DNA of 64,000 nucleotides from Iphione sp. A-MEVVRFRX5 (taxonomy: Eukaryota), in contig OZ320314.1 in NCBI GenBank assembly GCA_976226885.1, positions 97,154,001 through 97,218,000 on the forward strand, in the 5' to 3' direction. The notes under the pieces are model-generated. The model was not told the origin of the DNA. It made no database searches and saw only the letters and a list, made by a program, of their open reading frames with translations. This document shows, piece after piece, positions 13,038 through 26,700 of this stretch. The translations under genes were made by a program, and so were the position numbers. Each line of letters opens with the position of its first letter. Within the stretch, counting starts at the first letter, position 1.

Positions 13038-14655
13038 GTGTGTATATATACAACATATTACCAATGCTGGCGCTCTGCCGCCATTTCGTCCTGACCTTCC
13101 CTTTATACCTGCAGCCGCGATGTTAAAACCAATGTCTCACATTAGGGGGAAAGGGAAAACATTGATTGCAAGTAATAGGAGCACGATATCTAGCTACAAA
13201 TCCAGTATGCAGGATATTTTTATTGGCTTTCTCGCAATAACACTAAAATGCATATATTTAAATAACACGTCCCTCAAGCTCCAATTCCACGTGTAGTTAA
13301 ATGTATGATTGCTGTTGTGAATAAGTCACACCTTTTGATAAATGGAAACGGGAGCTTGCCGTCTCTTTTTGAATTCCGTTATGATCTAGATCACAGTACA
13401 TATATGGACATTTTCACGCTGTAGACCTTACAGCTTTACGAAGAGATGCATCTGAAACGACAGACATGACAAGATGCATTGCTTAGGTCTCGCCTTTAAT
13501 AAACAGGTGGTTAAAGATGTGTACAAATGGAAATATTATGCACGATGCCAGTCAAACGTCAGGTATCCCCCGGACCCATGAAATATTCTCCAATTCAATG
13601 GATAAGATTTAATGAGAAACTGACAAGAAACTGACGAAATTACCTCGATCTTAACCGTCAACAATAGGCCCATTGGCCTTCAATCTTGAGTTGTCCATAG
13701 CAAGAAATGGCCATATTTCTCCTCCAGTTCTTCCTTTTGCTACGTCGCAGCGCAGGCATATATCACTCTGTCAGTTTCCATATCGTTCTGCGAACGCTTG
13801 GCGGTCCGAGCGCCACGTTTCAATTCCCAGTGAGCAATACCACACAGTACCATTTGCTCTGCACCCTTTAGCGCCCCAAAAGCCCTCCCCCTCCTCAACC
13901 ACAAACCCAAATCGCCCCCTCCAACCCTCCTCAGCGCTGTAGCCGAACCTCAAAAAGGCTGCCATAAATAATGGCAAGTAAGCGGCGTTGAGTAGGGTGG
14001 AGGGGGGAATTCGGTATACAGCGGTTATGCGGTCGGCCGTTTGGGAATGGCAGACCGGTTTTGCTTGACTCCTCAGGCAAACCTGTCCAGTGGGGGGCTG
14101 GTCACTCAGCGGCTCCAATCAAGGGTGGCTGTCATCGGCCTGCAGCTAATAGTGAAATACGAGCCGCCTGCCTCCTGCCCGCCCGTCCATCCATCGCACC
14201 CGCGCCACCGCCGCCGCCGCCTCCGCCTTTCTCGGCCGGCAAGCGCCGTCGCAGCCCCACCAGCGCCATGGTGGCGCTCTGTACACCTGTAGCCAATTCC
14301 ATCCTTTACTGCCAGCCAATGCATTTGCCATGGGAACCCGAGCTGATTGGCCACTCTATCATTTCCGCGTGCGGCTGGCTCAGTCCGACTTTTACTGACG
14401 GGCCGCCAGATCACCACAGGGCCATCAGGGCCCTGGACGCCTCCAGCCACATCCCACCCTGCACCAGCCATTCCCGACGGGTTATTGGTCTGTTGTATGA
14501 TCCAAACATCTCCGTGGATATGTGACACACCTTAAAAGTGGCAAGTGGTATGAGGTGGAAGAAGGAGGCCTCAATAAATACAGGTTATCACCAGGGAAAT
14601 GGTCTGCTGTAGCCAAAACTGGCGTCCGGCCTCGAATCAACTACATGTAGTGAAA

Positions 14656-14738
<83 letters not shown>

Positions 14739-17700
14739 GACGGAAAGAGACAGAGACAGAAACAGCGAGACAAAGATAGAGACGGAGAGAAGCCGACTTG
14801 CTGCAGAAAAAGTGAAAACATTCTGACGTGTCAGTTTACCCTTAACAACTGCACACTCTCTGGAAATTGCTTTAGGTGTTAGTGTGACCTTTCAACATGA
14901 TGAGCTTTGATAGAACAGTGATGAAATTCCAGCTTACATAAGCAAGTAATAAGCCCTTGAAACAGGCGGCTGACTTCAAAAGCCATGCTGAATGTTGCAG
15001 CTTTGATCATTTGATTGATTTGTGGAAGTCATTTTGCACTCACGGAAGGTCCTATCACGAGTGCCAACGTCATTTCCTGTGTACCTCCTCAGAACGCCTG
15101 GCAACGCTCTTTGGAGCACTTAGGGTTCGACATCTTTGTGATGTCACAAATGAAATTGACCCAGAGATGTACTCGAAGATGCTCTTGGACAGCACTTGGA
15201 AAGTGTGGGTACATTCATGATTAAAAGACGAGTCAACTTATGTAACAACAAAGAGAATTGTTAAACCCTGATTTATATTTGATATATATTATTAAAAAGT
15301 ATCAACGTCACAGTCTTACGATACATCTCAAAATGTAGCAGTAACATTTATGGTTAAATTAGCTTTGTTCTCGTGTGCAGTGTTGTAGGTGATATATCAT
15401 TATAATACAAAACGATCGTCCCAGTATTGGTGACGGACAACCCGTTTGGACATTCAAACTGTGACACAATGGAACTAGCACTGGTGAATATTGGCGCGCA
15501 CAGATGAGAATCAATTTGTCGATAAAAGTGACGAAATGACCGGACCAATATATATACACCGCGCTGTCACTGTAGTAGACTTTCGTTTATAAATGAATCA
15601 TCCTCAACGTTTTCAATTCTAGCCAAAAGATCGCAAAAATAGACTTATTGTACTGTAGCCGCATTCGTCCAGTTAAACTACTCGGCGTATTCCGGCGAAA
15701 GTAATTCCCCGCGTTCAGAAAGATCACAAAAAGTGGAGATCGACGCCCATCCTCGGGTAAAGCTCTAGGGCCTGCCGGTTCCCCCTATCGAGTTAAAAGG
15801 GTTGAAAGGCTTGTAAGCCAACTGATGACCTGGGGCTAGCCACGGCTAATGACTTGTGGGGGAGTGACCAATGGCTACGAACGGTCCCGGAGAACAACCC
15901 ACACGGACACCAGTCCCGCCCTATGGTAAAGGGGTGGGTGGGCGGGACCGCCGAGGGGAGGGCGGAAAGGGGTCGACGACTCGTGCCCGTCTGCCCGGCG
16001 TCAACGGGGGCTCCTAAGAAGACCTACTCAGTTTGCCCTTTCATTGGCGAAATAAGCTCCAACAAGTTAATAGTTTTCGATTAGATTTGCTTTTAAACTG
16101 CTCTAAAGTTGGACCGGAGAAGGTGGGGGGATGTTGAAGACTATACTGATTGGAGTTCTCTGCAAGAGACCTCCCACCCCCTCCCCCATTTCGGTAGCTG
16201 CCTGGCTTTGGCGGCACTAAACCGGTAAGGAGTATATGGCCCTTGTGCGGGTAGTTTGGAGGTGTTGAAAGGTTGCTGAAATCGAAGCATCCTGCAATGA
16301 CCCCTCTGGGAGTGGTAAAGGGTCAGCGCAAAAGGACGAGGACCGAAAGGCAACAGATGCCACCGTCCAGTCATGGTTATATTGCCCTTTGCTCGTGACC
16401 AGCAACAAAACCCATGGTCGTTCAGGCAGCATTTCTTCCTATTGAAGGATATCTTTTAGCCCCGTTTCGCGCGTGCCCATCTCTGTAGGGCTCAGTAAAA
16501 GGAGCTTGGGTCGTCAACACCATCTGACTCGTCGATCCCGTTTGCAGCCAGTCAACACTATGTAATACAAACCATCATCGTCGGCATAAAGTTTCCTAGC
16601 AACTGCGCTCATCACCAGGGTCTGGTGCCTTCATCGCGCCTCCCTCTCAGAGATAACGCCGGTAGACGTTTATATTGTCGTCCATGTGATATTTGTGAGA
16701 ACGTCCTATCGTCGCCTCTAATCTCTTTCAGAGGGTCTACTTTTTTCGGTGCGGCTAGTTATTTTCCTCTCGGCGTGCCTCCAAACAGCTCCTTCATCCA
16801 GCCGCAACGTATCTGTCACCCACCCCTCCAATCCAACACGAATCCCACATGTTGTGCGCGCTGCTGAGAGAAGAATGACATTTACATACTGTCTATAGGA
16901 AACATATGAACCTCGCCCAACCGTCTGATGTCCTCCTCCTAAGGGGTTCCCCCCTTCGCCTGTCTGGATCTTCACGATTTATCTCTAGTTTATTTTTTGC
17001 TACCCGTTTGACAGAAACCAATTTATATACTGAACGTGATTTTTATTTTAAGAAAAAGGGCACCATATATACAAGGACACTTAAGCACGCAACCAGCCGT
17101 TACAATATATAGAGCTAGTCACATGCCATATGGCAGTCAGCGGTTTTGATTGCAACTCATAAAGTTGCTTGAAAACGACCACCGTTTGCATTCCATAAGT
17201 AAGGAGCGGATTGGCATTTGATTAGATGTCATACTCGGAATTGCACCGTTGACTATTTCAGCCCTGTCTTCTCTGCGCTGTGCTCCTAACCCTTCCCCCA
17301 TCCATGTCCCAGTATTCGTCCCCCTCCAGGGGCAAATTATAATACCATCCGTCGAACCCTATGGAGCCAATACCATCATACATGTGCAGACAACCGCTCG
17401 GCTGCGGCGATGCCGAGCCTCCCCCATTCCTGCGTCCTCCTGGGTTTGACAGGTGGCCAACACCAGGGGGCGCCAACTCAGCTAGATCGAGCGCCATGTT
17501 GGTTTTACAAACGCCGGCGTCCCGTAGGGAACCGCCTCCGAAATAATTCCTTTCATAAGAGCTACGACCAGACGATCTCGGCATGAGATAGTGGACATAT
17601 TGGGCGGGCCTTATACTCCTCTCGCGGGACCTCGCGAGAAGACTCGTCTTCCCAGTTGCGCCTGAGTCAGTCCGTCCAGGCGGCGCCGAAGGAGTCACGT

Positions 17701-20700
17701 GACCTTCGAGCCCAGCTCTTGATGGGGGGTTGGGGCCTCGGTTTGATCTGCGACGCCCGGCGCTCGATGACTAGGGACCGGAGCTATCTGCCGGGTTATC
17801 TCATGTTAGTGCAGCCCGCCGATGGACTACCGAGAAGGGGCGCAGGGAACTGTGAAGATATCAGATCTGGCGCCAAACGACCGATATCGTCGTCCTGACG
17901 CTTTTGAAGGCCCCCGTCTAACTGTCAGGAATGAAAAACTGAACTGACAGCAGAACCGAGGGTGCCTGGCACTAATTCTACGGAAGCAAGAGATTGATTG
18001 TAATATCAAAACGGCGGGCTTCCTTTTGTCAGGAAGTGGCCTACATTTGATCTGTGATCTCCAGGGTTAATAATCAGAGGTGACGGATGGATATCTTAAA
18101 GTTGTGAGCAAGTACAGTTTTCTGTTCTAAAAGGAGGTACATGATATGAATGGCCTGTAAATTGCTTTTTGCTGATGAGCCGGTTTAGGTACGGTGGTTA
18201 TAAGTTAAATGAGTTGTTGATTCGATTTGCTATGTTCATTTGAAGGCACATGGTCGGCTGGATTGGAGAGGCACGGTACCAGGAGCAGAGTACATACACT
18301 ATATCACACTGACCGCCTGCATTAGATTCCTAGAGCACCAAGCATTCTGTCGATGATAACCAAACACAGCACAGGCAGTTCTGTGGCAGGGCTAGAGGAG
18401 GGGTAGGAAGTGGAGTGGAGGAGTGGGCATGTATAGGGTGGGAGTAGGAGTTTGGAAGGCGATAAGGTGATGAGGGATGAGGCGATGGAAGGCAACTTTA
18501 TCATAGGTAGCCCGGCGGGTCAGGTAGCAGCGAGCACCTCAAGCACTTGAGTATCTCGAGGACATATCTCCCTGCCTAACGAAGACGAGGGTCGGTGTGA
18601 GTTAATTGGAATATCTACATCGGTCCCCGAAAGGGCGAGGAAGGACTTTGAAGGAAGTATTGGAAGAAAAGGAATGCAATATCATTGCACAGCGCATGAG
18701 ATGCTGGTGCCAGTCCCATTACGAAAGTAATTGGACGTACAGCTATCCCAGAGACAAAGAGAGCGCGGGCGATATTAGTCGGTGAAAGATCACCTGCAGG
18801 TTCTTTTGGCCACCAATAGAAAGACGTGTTCTTAATTAATAAGAGGCACAGATGACAGACATAATATTATGACAAAATACTATCACACAACAGGTATACA
18901 GACTGTTATAGATGATCTACGCTTAAGGACACTAGCGCTGGTTTTCGGCCCCAGCAAACCTACTAAACGGTAGACGATGTGTTCGTCTTGGAGGATGAAC
19001 TCGACACCGTGGGCCATGTCATCTGACAGGACGATTAATCACTCAATAGATCGCTAAAAAGAATTCAATTTTCCACATTTTGGGCGCTCCTCTATCCCCG
19101 CAGAGAACTGCCAATCATCACAGAACATTGGATTAATTAAGCCCAGCGGAGCACTACCACACAAACAACAACGTTTTCTGACAGGCGAATATTCCCTCCC
19201 TGTTGAGTGATTTCTTACCCCTGCCCTGTCTAGTTCTGACTAATGTGGTTGGAAGCAGATGGAAGACCAAATAGGAATTCTACTTGTCAGAGTAAACATT
19301 CACCGAAAATTATTACCCCGCTTCTTGCAGAATTGTAAGGAGGGGAAGAACAGTTTACATACATGAACTTCACAAATAGAAGAGAAGAGCAGGTAACAGA
19401 TACTAAAGGGTATCTTAGAGCTCATTCTTAATTGCTTTCATTGATTATCAGACACTTTGTCGCAGTTTAAAACAGCTCCCTTTACCAACCTTACTCAAGA
19501 AAAGGTTAGAGGAAGAAGGGTGTTATGGTGGGCGGAGAGAAATGTAATGGTCTGTGGGGCACTCAGAAACACCCTACAATCAGAAATTCTCTTTGAAGTC
19601 TACAACTTTCCAGTACCAAACCAAGAATAGTAACCTTACTTTTATAAATATAAATCTATAAATAAAACCACATCTGTGTTCAAAAAAAATCTTTCATTCG
19701 GAGTCGACGTACTTAGAACAGACGGACGGCTAGGGTGGTGGAGAGAAGAAAAATGAAACGTCATCTAGACGTCCAGTTTAGCTTTGCTAACCACACAGTG
19801 GGACTGATCTCCTGAGCTATGTCTCCTAATCCCGTCTCCTACCCAAACTTGTATTTATCGCAATACTTGGAGCTGATCCTCTGGGTCCACTTCCCTGAAT
19901 AGAAATGATGCTAGCATGTGTTTCCTTTGGCGGTCTCCTGCGGTGGTCCAATTGTATCACGAGTCACCATTCAGGGCTTTTCTGGCTAAAAGGTAAGAAC
20001 GGTGGCAGGTCTCTGGTGACCGGGCCGTATCAGAGGCATGCGCATACGGACACTGTGTTCTTTGAAGGAGATGAAGACTCTGTTGATGAATGTTCGACCT
20101 ACTAGGTCCTCTATGCCACGCTGAGCAATGAGTTGATTGGAGAGGTTAGTTGTCAAAGGCACTGAACAGGGCTGAGAAACATGCTACCATTAGCCCAGGG
20201 GCACACGCTTCATTATTCCTATCGCCTTAGAACATAACCAAAACCTGCCAACCTTCAAGACTCGCTGCCCGAATCCTTCTTTTGTCTGCTCGCTGAGACC
20301 ACCATGTGTTGAGCACGTGTGGGACAACTGCATTTTTTCCTTCCTGCTGTTAAAGGTTGCAAACAGTATTCATACTTAACACTCCTTGGTCAACTGTAGA
20401 TGTACTTTTAGACCTGACACTCAGTCAATTATTCAAATACAGTTCTTCGTTCGTGGTTCTCAGGTCGCCCTAAGGGCGGCGTTCAGTTGCCCTGTTCTAT
20501 AAAAATAGATGTGTTGATGGACATATGTAACAATGCCGCTTGAAAATGGTTCTATATTATCTATCTCTGTAAAGTATGGGCAATAATCTAGGGGACTAAA
20601 GAGTAATAACAGGATACGTAATTAAACTAATCCAAAAATATCCCCCTACAAGTAACCTCCTGGCTGCCAAGTTGAAATGACACTGCCTTCATTAGAATAA

Positions 20701-23700
20701 GAAATGGCAAAATTCATGTTAGGGATCCAATGCTCGAAGGATGGTGAATTGGAAGATGCCTAATTGTTGTCGAGGGCTAATTACCTTTGATGGCCGAGCC
20801 TGGCAAGCCGAACTAATTAGTTTATCTTTTTATCATCACCTGTAACACTAATCTTCCCTAATTGCGGTATTTACGAGTGGAGCAGGAGATTTGCACGTCG
20901 TCTCCAACCTAACGTCGATGACTCTCACGAGCCGCTCGCTATTTGCTCACGAAAGGCTCCGACTTCGGTCTCGACCATCTAACCAGCAAGTCGTCCGTCA
21001 GCTGACATCTCTCCTGGTAACAGATGGCAATGTTCCTGCTTCATCGCTCTACAAAAACTTGAACTGCAGGATATGATGACTAATGTTTCCCTTCCGTAAC
21101 ATATGGTTGCAGGAATATGACTAACGTTGAATGTGTGTGCAGTCTTGTTTTTTGTATTATCGGATTACCGGATGCTGTGAAGAATGTGTATTCACAAAGT
21201 AAGAAAGGGAAAGAGTGTATAAAGTAGGTATCCACGTGTCTAAAACAAGTTTTTAAATAGCTCTTTGTATGTGGTAGATGAATTGCGTGATAGAGAATGC
21301 GTGTGTAGGAGGCCGCAAACATAAAGAAGAATAGTGTTGCAACCATATTACAAATGGCTTTGCCTGCAGTCCAAACCTGGCTTTATCCTGGGACAACCTA
21401 TGGCAAACATCGTCCTGGCAGTGATCAGACATATTATATATGGTCTCTGAATTCCAATGAGACATATCGTAACTGGATCAAACGAACTGAAACTCCTGCA
21501 CATTGTCATATGGGATAGTCTTTAGTATAAATAATACTCGAGAGCCTTCTCCCTGTAGTGAACCGAACACTGAGGGTATCACAAAGCAAAATATTTCTAT
21601 ATTATAAGTAAACTTTATCTTCGCAAACTGGAATGCTTGTATCATGTACTCTATGAAATTAAACAAACCTTTCATATTTAGAGGGAGTGTGTCTGCCGGT
21701 GTGTTTTTGCGTCGACGAGTTCATTTTTCAGTTCGAAAGAATCCTTTCGATCTGAAGGCAGCAAAACTTCAAGCGCGTTCTGTTTACGCTGCAAACAAAA
21801 ACCCCATGAGAACAATGAGGAGAGGAAGTGCCCTCCGTCTCTTGTGAGTTTAGATGCACAGTAAGAGCTCCATCTACCAATTGCACTATAGCAGCGATAC
21901 AACAAAGTCCCCAAACAATACGCCTGTAGCTTCAGACCTAGCTGTGGCTAATCTAGTAAACACCTTCTGGGGAAGCGAGAAATCGAATCAAGACAGTGGG
22001 AAGCTTGCCTCATCACCTAGAACTGGCTTATTGGAAAATCTTTACATTACTGGTAATTGTCTGCTACTGTAGGCCGGTTCCCACAGCTTCCAAAGTGGGA
22101 ATGAAATGAAAGGAAAAAAGTAAATAAGCATTATGGCCTTAATAGGTTGGGTGGAAAGCAGACATTCAACAAAACGAAGAGGCAATAATCTAAAAGGACG
22201 ACATTCCTTCACTCCTTCTCTCTTACTTCTTTCAGGGCCAAGAGTATGCTGATCGATACCTCCTGGATTACCAAAGAGAAGACAACGGGCGATGGTTCCG
22301 GTTCCGCAATCGTCGAGGTCAAGAGGTAGGGACCTAAAAGAAACTGTTGCCATTTTCACCGTTAGTGGAAGCAGATAAACAAATTAGGCCTAAACCAAAA
22401 TATCTGTGTTTCCGGTAACCCGACTGACCCTACATCAGAGCCCCAATTGTGATTTTTTTTCTTGTTTTTTGAACTCCAGAAAGAATAGTGATAGAAACTT
22501 ATACGTAACACCATTTTGTTCCTTAGCTTTTATTTGATATATTTCATTAACTTCTAAGCAGTGCAAGTAGCACTATCATATGGATTTGTGATCTTTAGAA
22601 TGCTTTAACAATGAAAAAGCAGAAAAATAAAAATAACCATCTACCAACCAACCTTCTATATTTTTAGCATGTTACCAGAAACACAGGTTTTTTAGGCCTT
22701 AGTGTGTGGCATGCTGCAGGATAGATCGCAGATATCTAGTATTTGTATGTAGCGACTGTCTTCGTCATATATTCCGTGTTATTCTGTGAAGATTATTACC
22801 AATAAAGCTTCTTAGTCTTTTTTGTTGGGAAACGTTTCATGCCGATCGACATTTACAAGTACATGTGATAACATAATATATATGTAGTACTTATTTTTCT
22901 TACTCTTTGTGCCACACATACACTTGCACGAAACTAAAGTGAACACGATAGTTTGCACTAAACATGTACAGTCAACTCTCAAGTCTTGATAGAACCAAAG
23001 TCTATATTCTATATAAAAAGAGACCACAGAGGAGAACAGACCACAACAGAGACCAGATTTCTCCAGTCCAGAGGTGGTCTCCTAAGCAAGAGTCTACTGC
23101 ATGTGCTAAGCTTTCACTTTATTAATATTTCTTTCGGCACATGATAGCTTCTCGACCGATATTATCAAGGCCACTGTCTTTTTTAACACATACGTACCGG
23201 AGTAATAAAAGAAAGTCTCCATATGGGTTGCGAAAAATACGTTGCACCTGTAACGCTCATGCATACAACCCTCAACTATTCTCGTTGCTATTTGATACTA
23301 TTCAGTGGCTGTGCCCCTTCTGAAACCCTGGATATTTGCCAGTGGTGAAACCGGACGAGAAAAAATCTGTGCTAAAGAAGGAATGGTAATCTTTGCCCAA
23401 GGCAGGATTACTGTAAACATGTACCTGTATTTTTGAATGATTACACAGTGCGCTTTGGCTGTATTATATATTTAGTGTCTTCTTGCTTTCGGTGAGGGTA
23501 TCATTCACCCGAAAACTTGCGCTACCACGGAAGATGTCTTGAGAAAGACCTCCATTCACATTCCAACCTGGACTTGGTTAGCTTTTCTCAATTCTACTTT
23601 TTCAGTTCTTGTTCGCTGTGATTTTATAGGAATCGATGGGTGGTAATCAGGGCGCCTACGGTTCAAAAGTGTTTCAACAGAAATATTTGATTTATACCCG

Positions 23701-26700
23701 AGTTGCTCCTGATACCCAAAAGGAACGATACATTTCCAGAGGAGATACAAAAAACACAGTTTTAGTAGATAAAAAGAAGGCCTTGTAATCGTGTAATCAT
23801 GTACTGTTTTGATTGGACACTGTTCAGTTTAAGAACTATATTATGGTATAACTATCTTCTATTTTACGTACACTGCCATGAATTTGATGTTATATACCGG
23901 GATAAATGAAGTAAAAAAGATGAAACAATGTAACCTCGATTTAAAATCCGAAACATTTATTCTGGGGTTGTACTGATGCCAGATATTTTTTTATTCTCAG
24001 ATGACTGCCATAAAGGGCATGCAGACCCTCACTGGCTCACTGAGGTAATTCTCCCAAGGAGAGTTACCCCGCGTCACCTCGAGCCCAACAATGTTAGAGA
24101 GACATTCCTACCTTCCCAGTAAAATTTGCATTGTTCAATATGGACGACCACAACTGCTCAGCGCCTTTCATCGGTCGACGAATGGGGGCCACATGTTGTC
24201 CAGTGGACGTAGTAAACCGAGCGGGGTTAAGCAATCCGGGTGCCACATTTTGCCTGTCCGCTCAACATTAAGGGCAGGAGCCGACGTCCGTCCCCATATG
24301 TGTGTGTAGGTGTGTGTGTGTGTGTGTGTGTGTGTCGGGAAAGGCGGGGGGTGGGGGGTGTGGCTCTCATGCACCTAGTTAACCGTCCACCCGTCCCAAC
24401 ATCCCTGTTTGCTTTGGGGAATTGGATTGGCCGGTCTTAAATTGGGATGTGTATAGCACGTTACTGTTGGGCGGTGTGGAGGCAGTCGGCGCTGTTCGCT
24501 CATGGCTTCTGTTGTGGCTTCCAGTCTGGCTTCCTTGCTCGGCCGTCCGCCGCCGCAGGTTTGCTTTGCTCGCATAATTGCGATTGTCAATTCGCTGCGG
24601 CGGAAGGGAGGGAGAAAAAAGCACTTTCTAGAAGATCACGGTGTTTCGCCTTTCCCCAACGCTGCAAGGTGATGGATGATTGGATGAGCAATCAGAGGGA
24701 AATCGAACTGATTAGAACGTGGTACGGATTGAGTTAATGTTACTCTTTGGTTTTCTGGCTTTTGACGTTTTAAGGATCTAGCCGTTGGATGTTATATGAA
24801 GCAGGAGTAGATAGAGAAGAGAGACAGAAAGAAATATAGCCAAAGATATGGAGAGAGAGGGGGGAGAAAAAGAGGACAAAAAACACGTAGTTCTAAACAA
24901 CTACATTTATTTATAATGTGTAGCTTTAAAATTAAGCGACATTTCACAGTTATCGACACGAGAATATTAAAGGAATCCTATTGCCTTTCAAACAAAATCT
25001 TGCACTAAGCTTATTAATACTGACGCCTTGACAACAAATGAAGACTACTAAAAAACAGCGCCATAGGCTCCATGAAAGTGGCTCTTAAGAGGCACTTTTT
25101 AGCCTTCTGATCAGCGTGCAGAGACTCCGATATGGTAGCCGTAGGCGCAGTTACTGCCTCAAAGCCCACTCTACTTACAGCTTTCCATTGTGCGATGTAA
25201 TGGCCCTCCACTGGTTCTCGCTCTACAGCTGACAGACCTAAAAACCCAATAACACTCCATAGAATGTCGCCTCTCGGCACCAGCAACATACGTCACGTGA
25301 CGCAGACACGCCTCCATTTTTCTCCTTTGTGATGGTAACAACATCAAAATATATTTTAAGCTCACCGCGCTAATCCTTTGGTCTACGGCGGAGACACAAT
25401 GACTTGTTTATTTTCTTTTCAATATTAAATCATCGCGAGACCCAACCCATACCTTCCCAATTTCAGTCGGTTAATTTTGAAATTAAGATAAACTGGTTTT
25501 CGGCGTACATTTTATCTTTATTTTATATTCACTATGTAGTACATGGCTAATCAGACTGCTGTTTTTTTATTTCATATTCATAAGCAGTGAAAACTCTCGC
25601 GGATTTTTGTAGACCAGAGAATGTTATGTTGCGATTTGAGCCTGAAAAATTACTTAATAGCTCCCTTCAGTTTTTCGAACATTCTGTGCGTATAAATCAA
25701 GACGAAGGATAATTTGATTTACGTCCGCTTTTTATTTTAGTTAGATTTAGGCAGGGGCTCCATGGGCAAAAGGCCTGCTCTTTAAATTTGCTTTCAATAG
25801 AACTCAGATAAATTTCAATCGAAGTCAGCAGGTCTAGGAGGAGAAAAGAGACCGACAGACGGCTGGGAAAGAGAAATCCATAGACGCACCGGGCATGCAC
25901 ACAGGACACTATTTACTCCGAAATTACCAAGTGACATTCTGATTAATGGATGCCGGCCGTATTGACAATGGATGCTCCCATCCATCCCTCTGGGTGGCGG
26001 AAGGAAGTCGAAGCGCGCATACGCTGATAAAAATGGAGGTCACCAACTCTCGTGTGAGGCCGCGAGAACTGGTGTTAGGTCGTCCCTGGGAGCGTGACCC
26101 GGAAACGGAACCACAGCACCATTTTCTGCTCGTCGAAATGTTCAGAGGAAATAGGAAGGAGGGGGGAATTTGCAAAGGGGATGGATAAGACGAAATTCCT
26201 TCAATCTTTATTTTTGTCAGCTATCTTGTGCGGTCAAACTGACACGCAACCGTCTGTAACACCTAATTCTGTTCGTTACCAGAGAATCTTATTCTGAGGG
26301 GGAGGGGGTTCTTGTTGTTTTCAGACGGCAAATGACAGCTGTGACTTCTGCCTTATATGTACATCGTCTGTGTTGCAGATAATCCAAGGTAATACCAACA
26401 CGTACATAGCGGAGCTGAGGGAGGTCGACCCTCCTATCATTGCCCGACGAGTACGGTTCATTCCTTACAGCAACCACCCGCGGACGGTATGCTTGCGAGT
26501 GGAGCTATATGGATGCCCATGGAAAGGTATGTAGATGAACCAGCATCCGCTCACATTATTCCTCCGCTCTACTGCAATAGAAAAGATTTATCGAGCAAGT
26601 TCCGGAATCCATCTTACGAGTCCCCAAAGTGTGATTCCTTTTTTTTTTTATTCTGCAGAGGGTGTTTTTAGGTTTCGGATGTATCCTCGAGCAATCTGTT

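Noticed and set aside
14588-14826. SL- and ER-repeat ORFs (also 24168-24440 and 56784-56996)
   Set aside because: Microsatellite translation artefacts.
14957-15220. 87-aa ORF with CxxHF (THAP-like) as a transposase fragment
   Set aside because: Non-ATG start and only a 5-residue resemblance; an HMM search would be needed.
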